A stretch of 63,995 bases of DNA, the filler included, from Platydemus manokwari (Eukaryota), in assembly GCA_037951405.1 (NCBI GenBank). It is 6 parts of 6 records of this genome, joined end to end, with 100 filler letters (N's around TTAATTAATTAA, not from the genome) between each part and the next. Parts side by side here need not be neighbours in the genome. Positions count along the whole stretch, not along the records: positions 10,710 to 23,485 come from JBBMOY011969156.1; positions 23,586 to 34,165 come from JBBMOY011122553.1; 4 more parts are not named here. One strand, given 5' to 3'. Shown here in pieces: positions 13,061 to 26,600 of this stretch (its first letter is position 1; the number at the start of each line of letters is the position of its first letter). The notes under the pieces are model-generated. The model did no database searches. It had not been told where the DNA came from and saw only the letters and a program-made list of their open reading frames with translations. Made by a program: the position numbers and the translations under genes.

Positions 13061-15479
13061 ATAAAATCAAACATAATAGTGGTAGAACAAAGTGATCTTT
13101 CTAATTTAGCAAGGTAGTATTTGTTTTATATCCTATAATCGATCTATTTATGGTTTTCTCCATGACGAGATAATTTTAGTAACCAAGATAGATACGCTCT
13201 ACCACAGCATAAAAATGAATAGAAAGGTGAGGAAGACGATACTGTCTCTCAGATACACCTTATAAACAGCATACAATAGCAATAATCATAGAAATAGCTA
13301 TACTGGTATTCCTTTTACGTATGTACAAGCCGTCATTTTTCTGTTACTGGGTGTTAAACATTGGCGGAGCTGTTTATTGGAGGCCTATCCTTCTTCGCTA
13401 TGTGAGACCTATAAAACCTATATGGCTCTAAAATAGAAGTAGAAACAAAAAAGGAAGACAACCCATTTAAACTCTAACTATCTAACCCTATTCCTCTCAA
13501 GACTCCATCATTCTGTGGATCCATTATTATTGTATCACAACGGCTTTTAGATGCTTAGAAACTTCATTCTCCATTTTTTATAAAATCTTATAACCTTCAC
13601 CAACAAATTCTAGTATTGATTATTAGTAATTAAAGATCGATTATTTTATGAGATCGACGATATGATTGTGATGAACATTACTATTCGATATCGAACTTCG
13701 ATTAGTAACATTTAATGAGTAATATCATATAGCTTCGTGGATAGTATTTAGTAATCAAAACAACGACATTATTGAATTAAACTCAAGGTAGCTGAAAATA
13801 CCAGATATCTTGAAGTATAAAAAATTGAATTTCTTATCGATTCTATTATCTTTTGAAAAACTTCATCATATGGGAAAGTTTTCTAATCAATGTTCTGAGT
13901 CTTGTAAATCTATTCATTCTCTCTTATATTCATTTACTGACTTGACTAGATTTTCCATAAAGTGTTTTTATTTTAGGAATTTCTCTAGATTTCACTATTG
14001 GGATTAAATTATTTCTCAGCTCAATTTGCCTTCATTCGCTTCATGTGTTTGAGATCTGGTTCAGTATTTGAGATTTTATTATTTAGCATGTTAAGTTATA
14101 TTAGTGTAACTCCTAATTAAATGTTATATGTCACAGTGTAAACACAAGAGTAAATCCTTCAAGAGGTTTCAGTACCCGAAAGATTAAACAACGTTATCGA
14201 ACAAAAATTTAGAATAGGTTTGTTTTTAAGGCATAAACCTACATGTTATATTTATGGATCATGACTCTTTTGATTCTGCATTCACACTTTGACATACCAG
14301 CAATCTTTCCGTTCCTGGGAATTAACAGATAAGTAAGACCTAATCAGTAACCCTCAATGTATGTATCTCTGATCAGATTATGATCGAGAGTGTCTCTGTT
14401 GCTCATGTGTAGCCTTTTTCAATTTCTATTCACGATTAAATCGAGGTTTATTGATTTGATTAATCTCCAACTCTATCAGTGCGATTTATTATTTTCTTGA
14501 GTTAATTCTTAATAAGATAATATTAAAAATTATTTAAGCCCTCGTTAGAAGATCAAATTCAGCAATTATTATCTAACCAAAATGTTGCGATGAAGAAAAT
14601 CAATATTGATATTTATGTTTGGGTTTGAAGACTATCAACAATTAGAAAAAACAATATTTTGACAATGATCGAAAAAAATGTGTATGGTTTATTAATGCTG
14701 AAAGCATTCCACAAAAGATGTCATAATTTAAGATGCAGAGGTATTGATTATCATTGATTAAATTATACCTTGATTGCACAATACTAAGATTTCATAATTT
14801 CATAAAAGAGAAAAGTTCCTAACCGGTGATCAAGAATCAGTTTATGCCCACGTAGGCTTTAACTGCAATCTAAAATCATATTTTAAAATCCATAATATTC
14901 CTACTTGTCGGCCTCTACATATCGAATCTAATTTTGGCCCAATGCACTACAAAATTGTTCATAAATAGCAATCTTCTGGAATCGATAAGATTCAACAGTT
15001 GCCTTAAATCAAAATTACGTGGTAATTGTACTGGTGTTACTATAACTTTGCTGTTTGTTGCTATCAACAGCGTTTGAAATCACCGACTCTGCTATTGATC
15101 GAAGATGATCAAAATAGAAGCTCATTAATTAAGACAGATAATAAAATAAATCATAAATAGTCGCACAGCGGTCACACAAAGTGTCTCCATACAATAAAAT
15201 CGTGCTAGGCGAAATATTTTACAATGAATTAGAATACATATGAGGAATGTGGGGAACCGTACGGGCCATATCGACCCAATCACATGATTAAATAACCACG
15301 AATATTAAAATTAAAAAATTTAATAAGACATAAATGATAAAAAATAATAATACGCCAAAAATTTATAAATTATAAAATGGCAAATTAATTAGTGTTAAAA
15401 TACATTAAAATCTTTTATGTGCATTAAATAGTAGGATTGCTTTTCTAACCCAAAGGTCGCGGAAAAATTTAACCAATAA

Positions 15480-15513
15480 CTATTTTTAGTAATTATGTCA
15501 GTTCTAAAAATAG
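15480..15513. repeat. Degenerate copy of the 34-nt palindrome also found at 47708-47741
   Basis: CTATTTTTAG...CTAAAAATAG with the same 34-nt span; nearby TTTAGCA/TTGCTAA motifs at about 15557-15595. Confidence 0.55.
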
Positions 15514-16987
15514 ATAACCTCAAATTAGTAAAATAATCAACTAAAAATGTGGGCTGTTACTAAATTTAGCACTAACGTGTAAACGTTGCTAAGAATAGTA
15601 ACAAAAGTAAGCAACTTGATTTTCAATTGTTATAAAACATTTCTTAATTGTATGATAGGTCAGTTTTATTATTGTTCCAGCTTCATATATTGAGAAGCAT
15701 TTTATTATTATTGCTCAAATACGGTCTAGCTTAATGATCATGGGTAATTTTTTATTTATTAAATTTGAATTAAATCGCAACCCACGGCTAGTTTTAGCCT
15801 CGTGATCCTCTAAAATTATAAGTTCTAATTTTGGTTTCCAACTGTATTTTTAAAGAGAGACTAGTGCGGTCACTTAAGCGGCACGCCCTAGGGGTGTTTA
15901 TTAGATTATTCTTATATTATTACATTAGCATTTGTATTGATTTTTAGTAGTCTAAATTATTCGATATTTAATCAAATATATTTTATTGTTATTGACTTGC
16001 TTTATTGATTTTTATAATTTATAGTTTAAATATTATTTATTATTATAATACCGAGTGATAAAAAGCAGTAACAATCTTATCTATGGAGTCCAAATTAGTT
16101 AAAGATATATGATGTGCAAAATCATAATAAAATTCTTCTGACATAAGTATTGATCAATAATCGTTAAAAATTCCATATTTTTTATTTGAACTCAACCTAA
16201 CCTATTCATTAATAACCTACCATCTTTAACGGGAATTAATAAGATTAATAACTTATGTGACCTGATTAATACGACATTGATAATAAAATCGATATCGTTT
16301 AAAAATAATAAACAATATAAGGCTCAAAAGTAACATTTGTAATTGAGACAGAAAATAAAGTGTTGTGATATCGATGACGACTCATAGTTGAACATGGTTA
16401 GGAATGATCGACTATAAAATTTCTTAATCTTGGATGATGAAACTAAACCAAACCTAAGAAAAGACATGAATTATAAATTAAAAAATAGTCGTTGTAACCT
16501 TGGCCACATTTAATTTATTGATTGATAGTAAATAAATTCTATAAGAGAACTTTGCCTTTCTCTAAATATATTAATAATAGTATAAAATAATTAAAACTAA
16601 ACACAATATTGATTACAAAATCTATATTAATTTGAAATTATCGAAAATCGATCAAAATATTCTATAATAACAAATTAAAAGATAAAATTCTTCTTTCGAA
16701 ATATTTTTGAAAAATTATCTTGAAAACGTTTTTCAAAAAACAACTCAACTCCAAAAATGTTCTAAATCAATATTTTATCTGAAAATTTAATTTTATTGCA
16801 GTTTAAAAATCATTCGTGAAAATTTTTAATTAAATCCATAAAATTTTCAATGAAATGTGTTTGTTTTAAATTTCTAAAGAATATTTATTGATTTAATTCC
16901 AAATTCAAATTAATTTTTGAATTGGAAAATCTGAATTTTCATTCACAAAAAGCAATTTTGTAACAGTACTAACTATCGATCAGAAAC

Positions 16988-19599
16988 ATGTTAGATTATG
17001 ATCAATTATTGGATGAAATAGAGGGATTGCGCGCGAAAATTGAAGTAAATATTTTATTGAAAAAATTAAGTTGCTGAATGGTGAAGATTATTGCAGAAAA
17101 ATCGTAAAAGATGCAACGATACGACTTTATCCAATATTACAGCATCCATAGGAACAGTACCTCGAATTCAACTGAAATCGAGAAGAACTTTGACCGGACA
17201 TTTAGCGAAAATCTATGCTATGCAATGGTGTAAAGACAGTCGAAATCTTGTATCGGCATCACAGGATGGAAAGTTGATAATTTGGGACGCTTACACTGGA
17301 TACAAGGTAATTGTGGTGACTGTCTCCATTGGATTATTGTATAGATTCATGCTATCCCCCTCAGAAGCAGTTGGGTGATGACTTGCTCGTATTCACCATC
17401 GGGAGGAATGGTTGCCAGTGGAGGATTGGACAATACGTGTTCGGTTTACGATTTGCGAGGTCGAGAAGACCAAGTACGTATTTGTCGCGAATTAAGAGGC
17501 CACACAGGTTATTTGTCGTGCTGCAGATTTGTTGACAACGATCGCATTCTTACCTCGTCCGAAGATGGAACTTGGTATTGATATTATTTGTCTTTCGTCT
17601 TAATGAATACATAAATTTTAGTGGGCTGTGGAATATTGAAACTGGAGCATTGATGTCTCGATTTACCGATCACACCAGTGACATCATGAGTATATCAGTA
17701 GCTGATGATATGTCTTTGTTTGCTAGTGGTTCTTGTGATCGATCTGTCAAGGTGATTTTATTTATCGATAATCTATTAATATAATTTAACCTTGTTTTAA
17801 TAATCCTAATTTAATCGACTTTTGAGCACCGTTTTGAATTTATTTGTTTTTTGAGAAATTTTGAAAGGATGATATTAATGTTGTATTGATTATTAATACG
17901 ATTTGTTGTTTTACTACAACGATGAATTCATATTAAAACAATAAAACAAATTGTAGATAATCGATAATTATAAAGGTTATTATTATGCTTTATCACTGTT
18001 ATTATGATTATAGTTTTTGTTGATTTTATATCGTTATTGTGATTCACTATTATCATTGGAGTGGAATAGAGTCATTTACAGTTGAATAATAATAATAGAT
18101 TGTGTTTGATGTGTGGCGTGTGGCACCATCTGTGAGAATCATTTAAAAATCTTTACATTTTCATATCACTAATGGTTTTTAATCAATCAATATAAGTCGT
18201 GAAGAGATAATCAATAAATGTTTTTTAATTAATATTAACCACGGCACCTTATCTGTGAATACCATCATGGATAGATTACCATATATTATTGTTTCGCGGT
18301 ATTATAAGTCGATTTTTATAAAACTTCTAGCCCCGCCAGATACGTATTTTAATTACTTCATTAATTGATTGTCGTTGCATAATTTCTGCTTCTTGATCGG
18401 AACGATCGTACAATTTGTGTGCATATTTTATCGAACAATTTCAAGTTTCGTTCTTTCGACCAAAGTCGATGCGTGAGAGAGCTGTCAATGGATGATAATA
18501 ATTGTAATAACGATTGGCTGAGGTTCACTGGTTTTCGTTCCGATCCATTGAGCATTGATCAGAATTTTGAAATCCGTTTTGCGGTTTAATTGCTTTGATT
18601 TATGAAATCTACAATGCATCACACTGTATGTTTTGAAATATTTGATGTGTGTGTATGTGTGTGCGTGCAAATAAAGCACACACTGTATTATTTTAGAATT
18701 ATTGAATACTTATCATTGATTTACTCAATACGTTATCGATACAATATTAACAATATCTTTTCATTTTAGTTCACATTAAATATTGATTTTAATAAATAAT
18801 GTTATCAGTTATATTCTGAAAATTTGTCGATAAAATTTCTTCCTTTGAAGCCTGATCTTTGGGATCCAATTACTTTTAATACTTTGTTTCCCACCAATGA
18901 TTCTCTTTTCTTCATTTTTATTTTTCCTTACTTTGTTTATCATTCATAATCATGAGACTTCAATAAATTCGAATTTTCCAAGTTTTCGTAAGTCATTATA
19001 TGTAGGAAGAACTGGTTGTGGAATATGACAATTTGCAGCCATCTGTTCTTTGTTATGCTGCAGTTTCATGGTATGGCAGAACGAAGCTTCGATTTCTTGA
19101 AGGATATTATCAGAGTCCTGAAGGCAAGAAAAATAAACAATAAGCCAACAAGTTTATTTTGAAGAGATTTGTCCATAGATGTTCAGCGATATACGAAATG
19201 TAATGGACGGCCAAATATGGACATGGCAGCAGGATAGTGCCAGGGTTCACATAGCAACGGCTTTAGTTCAATCTACTACTGATTTCATTGAACCGGAAGA
19301 TTGGCCCTTTGGATGTTGTTATTAACAGAGCTTCAGAATTGTCGACTTGACGTATACTCTATTGATGATTTGTAAATGAGCTTGGGAAAAGCTTGGAACG
19401 ATATCTCACAAGTTACCCTTCAAAATGCTACACGAGCTTAGATTTCGAGGTTAAGACGCTGCTCTGAAATGCACGGCCGACAGTTTTTAGCATTAAAGAG
19501 TGTAAAATAATATATGGCTTTAAAAACTTTTTAAAAGTTATTCTTTGTAAAAGTAAATAGCAGTTTGATAAATTTTCATCTTTTCTAGAGACCACCCTG

Positions 19600-19660
<61 letters not shown>

Positions 19661-22606
19661 TATTTATCGATTCAACACATAATATGCAGTGTTTCATAAT
19701 GAAATTCGCTTGTCATATTTCCAGGCAGTTGTAAACACATTCTGTGAACATGACTGCGCAGAAGATGTATTTCCAAAATTACCTTTTTAGTTTTTTTATC
19801 TAACTCTTAAAATACTTTCTTAAAGTGATTTCGTTGTAACATTATTGGCTGATTTTTAGTATTAAAATAAATCAAATAATAATAATAATAATAATAATAA
19901 TGTGTGATAAGAGATTATTAATTTACGATACCAAGTGTATTAAAAAAGGCTCATTCATATTATCAGTATATTATTATCGATCTTTTCTTTGTAGATTTGG
20001 GATTTTCGTAAGAACAAATGCGTTCAAACATTCAGTAGCCACATAGATGATATTAATTGTGTCAAATTGCTCCCGAATAATTTCGGAGTGCTTTCAGGTT
20101 CCGATGATGCATCGTCCCGACTCTTTGACTTGCGATCCGATCAGGAAGTGGGCCTATATTCCCATGATCATATCGAGTATAGTATCACAAGTATTGATGT
20201 TAGCCGCAGTTGTCGCTTGATATTTGCCGGTTACGATAATTATACGGTTAATATTTTCGACACTTTGAAGCAGGAACGAGTAGGTGAGTCAAACCCCGTT
20301 GATTAAAATCTAATTTTTTACATTTTTATCGTAAAAAAATGGGGTCATGTTGTCATTGATAGGTTGTGTGTAGGTGATTAAGATCAGAATATTTATTTCA
20401 AAACTCAAATTTAACCCTAGATATCTTCGGTTTGGAATAGCTCAATGAGAACATATCTGAAAATTAAGATTTTCTAACTCAGAAATGATTGAAAGCTTTG
20501 AATGAAAAATCTTTAAATCGATTTCAGAGTAGTTATGCTATTTATTGAAAATAAAATGGTTCAAAATATAGTGTTGGATGACTAACAACTGGACAGCTGA
20601 ACCATAATAGCTCGTATTACCGTTCACAAAACGGCTCATGGCGCTTCGGTATTCCACATCTGGTTCTATCGGAACTAAGCTGTCCAGTTAGACAATAAAT
20701 TTATGAATATATATATATATATTTCTTATTACGATCGATTTAATATCGTGTCACTGAACTGAAGTCCATAGTTCAATAAAATGCTCAATAAATCGATCAT
20801 ATCATGCCTTTCATTTCAGTACCTTTCCATTAGTTTCTCAATCGATTAAAATTGAAAGGTAAAATATTATTTTCTCCGTCGAAAATATTGAAACTGTTTA
20901 TGAATGAATATTTTTCAACGCTGATCTTTTCTGTTTTCACAGTGTCACGATAAAGGTGATCACAATTAAATGATTGATTTGTTTTTGTTAGATGCTAACA
21001 TTACCATTACTCTATGACTGTTATCGCTGAAGTAAAAATCGATGACCTCTTCAATTAATCATCTCATTAAGTAAAACAAAAATAATCCAACTTAATTTTC
21101 CTATGTCTTGGACAGGAAATATAAAAATAAATATATAATAATTATTATAATAATAATTATTATTATCATTTGTTTATGTTATTAGTAATATCACTTCTAT
21201 TAATCATTTTATTTGAATATATATTGAACCAATCGATAATTGTAAACATAGCTTGCATTTTTGAAAAGTCACCAGCTTAATCGGTATCTAATTATATTAT
21301 TTTAGCATTATTAAGTAATCAATAAGCAAACAAGTGACTGTGATTTACACGATTTTTTTCTCATAAAATTTTTCGATGAGATTTTCATGATTTTCTTATT
21401 AGCTGAGCATTTGCAGTGTTGAGCGGAATTTTTCTTTCACACGGATACTGTTAATTATCATTGAAAACCAAAACCGTTTCTTCGATAGTAACAACAATCT
21501 ATGTGTTGATTTAAACAAACAGTGCAAATGTTATTGTCATGGATTTATTGATTTTATTCACAATCAACTTGGAACATTGTTATTAGACACGGTGCCATTA
21601 TAGAATGATCAATGAGTAATGTCGACCTAATTTGTTAGTATGCTAAAAATAGGGTTAACTTTCTATAAATGATTTATTTCTATGGCCATTGCAATTAGTA
21701 GCTATCTATCAATCTTATTGATTCCATTGTTGATTCACATTGAAAGCTACTAGTAGATATTCAATAGCAAATACCAAAAAAATTTTTGCACTACTTATAG
21801 TTTTTGATAACTTGGAAAATCACAAAGCTTTTTTACCATTGATTTCTGAATGTCACAATTACAGGCCAGTAGCTCTTATATTTGATTTTTGGTTTTGAAA
21901 ATAAAAAAATTATCGTTAAACAAAAAATCCCAAGTTATGAATTATTAAGAAAGCAAATCTGTTTTATTGGTTATTGGAGCGGAGCTGAGAGAGAAAACAT
22001 CCGCTCAATGGTGATTCATAAGAGCGATTTTGTTTCTATTTTGAATTTATCTCGCTAATGGAATCTCTTGCATTGGGGTGCGAGATGCAAAATCGGAGTT
22101 GGAACGATCGATTAAATTTATTTAGGGTAAATTTCGAAATAGGAATCGATTAATTTTCTTACTTCTGGAAATGTGATCTCAGTGAAACGTGATTACTAAA
22201 ATACTGTACCTCACCATACAGGTACATTCTTGAGTTACAGCAAGTCAAATGTTACGGAATTATTGATTTTCGATATACTTTCTTTGGTAGAAATTGTTGG
22301 ACAAGGCATGTGAATTGTTGCACAAACTTGAAGTAGAAAAACGGCTCTCATTAAAATTTCCATATTGAATACCTTATCATTTTAATCAGTCGACTGGGTT
22401 TCCATGCGTTTATATTTTTCAATGATAAATATTGATTTTATTCAAATTTTTTAAATTAATCAATAAACTTGCAAAGATTGTCTAGTTATCATTTTACAGG
22501 CATCTTTAGCGCCCATGACAACCGTATTAGCTGTCTGGATGTAACAAAAGATGGAATGGCCATTTGTACAGGATCGTGGGATAATACACTCCGAATTTGG
22601 AATTGA
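16988..22606 (+). CDS. GNB1: Heterotrimeric G-protein beta subunit (Gbeta1-4 class, WD40), complete, 6 coding exons, 340 aa
   Basis: Exons 16988-17044, 17097-17306, 17345-17574, 17622-17751, 19995-20283, 22500-22606. All introns GT-AG (52, 38, 47, 2243, 2216 nt); exons sum to 1023 nt. Protein [19 protein letters not shown]...[16 protein letters not shown]...[14 protein letters not shown]...[14 protein letters not shown]...ASGGLDN...[11 protein letters not shown]...[15 protein letters not shown]...HDNRISCL...[12 protein letters not shown]. Symbol denotes the family, not a specific paralogue. Confidence 0.97.
18960..19601 (+). mobile_element. Degenerate Tc1/mariner-superfamily (maT/DD37D-like) transposon remnant inside G-beta intron 4
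   Basis: [11 protein letters not shown] (19218-19250), DFIEPEDWP (19281-19307), then [11 protein letters not shown]...[13 protein letters not shown]. Terminal CACCCTG|TA at 19593-19601 is typical of these TIR ends. The SPDLNPLD motif is deleted; left boundary approximate. Confidence 0.78.
19600..19655. repeat. (TA)n(GA)n compound microsatellite
   Basis: Directly visible; starts at the TA target dinucleotide of the preceding element. Confidence 0.95.
20587..20689. repeat. 12-bp perfect inverted repeat enclosing a relatively GC-rich 79-nt core (small element or hairpin) in G-beta intron 5
   Basis: AACTGGACAGCT (20587-20598) and AGCTGTCCAGTT (20678-20689). The 3' part TATCGGAACT..AG....TTAGACA resembles about 6337-6363. 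Confidence 0.45.
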
Positions 22607-23379
22607 CCTGGTACCAGATGACCAAATCATCAGTTGGATGTGCCTTTTGACATTTTTGCTCAAAGTACTAATCTTCTATTTCTAAGAAAATTCAGCCTAA
22701 ATATTTGGAAAAATCAATATATTGTTATTTCTATTCTTTATCGTGAAAGTATACATTTTTATTGATTTTTATAAAGGTTTTGTGGATATTTTTTATCATT
22801 TATAACTCGTCTTACAAGTTTGTGAGTGTGTGTATTGACGAAAATGATTCATTTATTGATAATATTCTTTACCATATGACCCGATGAATTTATGTTGAAT
22901 AAAATATACGAGTCTATACGAGTGAATAAACAAATATTATATTGTAAACCAATCAAAATTCAGAGAATATTTTAGAAAGATATTTGCGATTTAAGACAAA
23001 TTTTTAGACTATTTTTTGATATTTAAAAATTAATTAGTTTTTCCTAATGATATTTGAATTTATTGTTCGATATTATCAAGTAAAAACGATGTCTTTTTGG
23101 TCTTGAACGGTCTTATTTTCCAGACTATATGGGTTTTTAATAAATGTATACAAATCACCAAATAATGCCGTCAATAAATAACTCGTTTAATCCTACGTGT
23201 CTAACACTAATATTGGAGTGAAATAATGTTGTTGACATGTGGGTTAAGCGTTTCTCAGAAAATTATGGCTATTCAAGTAAATATTTTCAAATTTTTCTTG
23301 AAAATTAATTTGGAAATCCAACTGATATGGAATTGAATGACGTTCGTTATTTTTGTTTGTATTAATTATGTTTACGGGA

Positions 23380-23585
23380 TTATTATTGTTGTTGTTATTA
23401 TTATTATTTATTATTGTTATTATTATTATTGTTATTATTAATATTATCATTATTATTATTTGCTATTATTATTATTAATAATAATNNNNNNNNNNNNNNN
23501 NNNNNNNNNNNNNNNNNNNNNNNNNNNNNTTAATTAATTAANNNNNNNNNNNNNNNNNNNNNNNNNNNNNNNNNNNNNNNNNNNN

Positions 23586-23641
<56 letters not shown>

Positions 23642-23660
23642 CATTATTATTATTATTATT
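23380..23660. repeat. Imperfect (TAT)n/(TGT)n microsatellite tracts flanking spacer 2
   Basis: Directly visible on both sides of the spacer. Confidence 0.9.
23486..23585. other. Artificial assembly spacer N44-TTAATTAATTAA-N44
   Basis: Same 100-nt structure as the other spacers. Confidence 0.97.
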
Positions 23661-26600
23661 ATAAATCAAGAATATATGCCCGAAGAAAAGTCCGCCAGTA
23701 TAAGTAAAATCGACATCTGGTTTACTACATTGTTTTGAAATCCCTTTAAGAAATAAAACCTTAAAATACGCAATGCAAAGCGATTCTCATTCGATAAATG
23801 GTTAACATATTGCATTTTCTATGACTGCACCTGACGAGAAGTAGTATTCATTCGAATAGTTATCAGTATTATGATCGGAAATTGGATGATATACCGGAGA
23901 CCCAAATAAAAGCCAAAACGTAATATTGATGTAAACTACTCGGAAGATCGTTCCAAAAACCGGACTTTAGCTTTCAAATTAGAATGAATTCATCGTTAAT
24001 AATGAAGACCATCAAGAACAATGTACTGATTTTAAATAAGATGGACTTAAATGATTATTCTGATATCATGTTCACTGATATCTAAGATTCCATAATAAAA
24101 TGATCAGTAAACTGGAAAAATAAGGAAATGAGTTTGAAAAAAATATCGTCAACATGCATTATTTATAATCTATTCGAAACATTATACTAATAATCTTTTC
24201 TTTCCATAAAATCTCCCAACAACACGATCTGAATTTGCTAATCATTGAAATTCCTATGCGCATGAATTATTCCAACAACGATATGTTTAACATATAACCA
24301 ACGATAGCAATCGGGATTCCACATTTCGACTGAGTGAGCTTTTCAGTGAGATGTTAGATATTTTAAAATATAATAACTACTGTTTTTTTAGTTCAGAAAT
24401 TTGTTCGCTAAATCTCTATTTTCGTACTAGTTTCATTTTTTGATTGAAGTCATTTTTTCAAATGGTACATATTATTGTTTTGATTCGAGTTTTAATTCCT
24501 TGAAAAATGAGTGATGGTAATTGAGGTGATAATTATAATAATAATTATGATAATTATTATTACGATAAAAGCTTGAGAACTTGCTGTTTGAAACATTAAA
24601 AATTCCAATAAGTTGCCAATCGTCACACTGGTTAATTAGCCTTTATTCAAATCAATAACGAACATGACTACAGAATTGTTGTTTCATAATTAGCTTGTTG
24701 CTGATTCGAACACATGAGTATTTCATTCACACTCAAAATATTGTAAAGTGTCGATTTTAATGTTTTACAATCTAAAATTCATTCCTATTTCAATTGAAAG
24801 GTGCAGATATCAGTAGAATTCAACTCAAATTTTATCAAGGACGATTATAATCTGATATATGTGTAAATAGTTCTTTAGAGGAATATTTTCTTGCATGAGT
24901 ACTCGAGAACTAGAATCAAGAAGACATGTTTATGAATGAAAATTTTGGTCAAATATTTTATTTTTTCGATTTTCTTTCTGTGATTAGGAAGTGAAGAAAC
25001 TATAAAACTGGCATATTAATCTATATCTTGATATTAAAGAATATTTTATAAGTTCAAGTTCATTTTATTAAATTACACCAAGTTCAAACTTTTTATTTAA
25101 TGTATCTGTAATTTTCTGACTCATTTCTTTGTGAGTCAGCGTAATACACACGTGTTTAATAAGGTCAGTATACAAGCAAATTGCTGACCGTTTACTAAAG
25201 ATTTATTGGTCAGTTTTAAAAACGTAAATTAATATGATTTTCATGCATATAAAAAAGGTTGGAGTGACATTTATTTATCATTGTGGTCTAGGCAAAGGTT
25301 TTATGCAAGTTCTAGAGTAAAACATAAAATGTCAAAAAACATAAGTAGAATTATTTTTCCTAAAATTTGTGCTCAAATTTATCAATGAATGGAAACATTG
25401 TGACAAATCACTTAATGATTATCAAAAAAATTTTAGTATCTCATGACAAAAGGTCGAATTTTTCATGATAAAATTTTGATCCAAATTTTCGAAATTATAA
25501 ATTTCTCGTTCTGGATCATGTTCCTGGTCGAATGATCATGGCCAAAGGATATTTTACATGAGTCTCAAAGAATATGAGGTTTCGAATAACTAAATTTGAT
25601 TAACAAAGTACGTTATACGATTAAAATTTGTACCAACAACTGGTTCGTCTCTTGAGATGATAGACCACAAAAATATAAAATGTTTTGCCAATAAATATGA
25701 GCTTCATTGTGCTTCAATTTTATGAAAATTATCATGGTAATTTTATTTGAGAAATTTCCATTTTTTGAGACTAAATATGTATCCGAAAACCATGTTCACA
25801 TTCCACAAATTATATTTTTATATCGGAAATACCTTTTCCTATGCGTCATAATAACTGTCAAAGGATAAAATTCTCTGTTTATTTTCGAAAGATTTTAAAA
25901 AATACCAAGATGAAACTCTTTTCATTTGCAATTTGAAATGATTAAAGGAATTTATGTATCGAAGATGCATTGCGAACCATAAATCTCTTAAATAAATTTC
26001 TTTTCTAAGTTTTTTAAAATTATTTTATAAATTTTGTAATAACAGATTTCTAGATTGTCCTTTTGCACACGTGACACATGCTCTCACCATTTTTATAACA
26101 TATTACAAATATGTCATACACACGTGCTCATGTGCACGCTAAGGGCTTTTATTCAGCGCTCACTCAGATATAATTTATATATGTCTAGAATTTAAATACG
26201 AATTTCATGGGTCAGGCTGGCAGACTGATTTTGCACCTCGGAACCTTTATTTTAGCACTTTAAGCATTTGCATGGGTACATATAACAAAGCAGATATAGC
26301 AACCAACCAATGACAGCTGACTTATATAGAAAATTAAAATTCAGAAAATGGATGTTAGTAAGCTTTAATAGTTGTAAAATTATCAGCTATATACATCAAC
26401 AACCGCATATTTTTCCTAATTATCGGGTTTGATTATGAAGTTCTTTAACGATTGGTTTATTAACCATTACCTTCTCCAAAGTTGTTGCTAGACTCTTTCG
26501 TTTAAGTGTTTGGAAGGATTTGTAAAATCAATTTTTTTTATTAAGAATATAATTGTATTTTGATGTCATAACAATAAAAGTGTATTCAAAACAAAACACC

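Noticed and set aside
22460-22663. Minus-strand ORF over the last G-beta exon (also 17329-17535 and 8092-8277)
   Set aside because: Antisense or off-frame shadows of real exons.
23100-23140. ACGGTCTTAT...TATATG, faintly like flatworm spliced-leader exons
   Set aside because: Match too short; no proper donor, Sm site or stem-loops identified.
23825-23870. CTGACGA hammerhead-like core (other CTGATGA sites also checked)
   Set aside because: No correctly placed GAAA or pairing stems.
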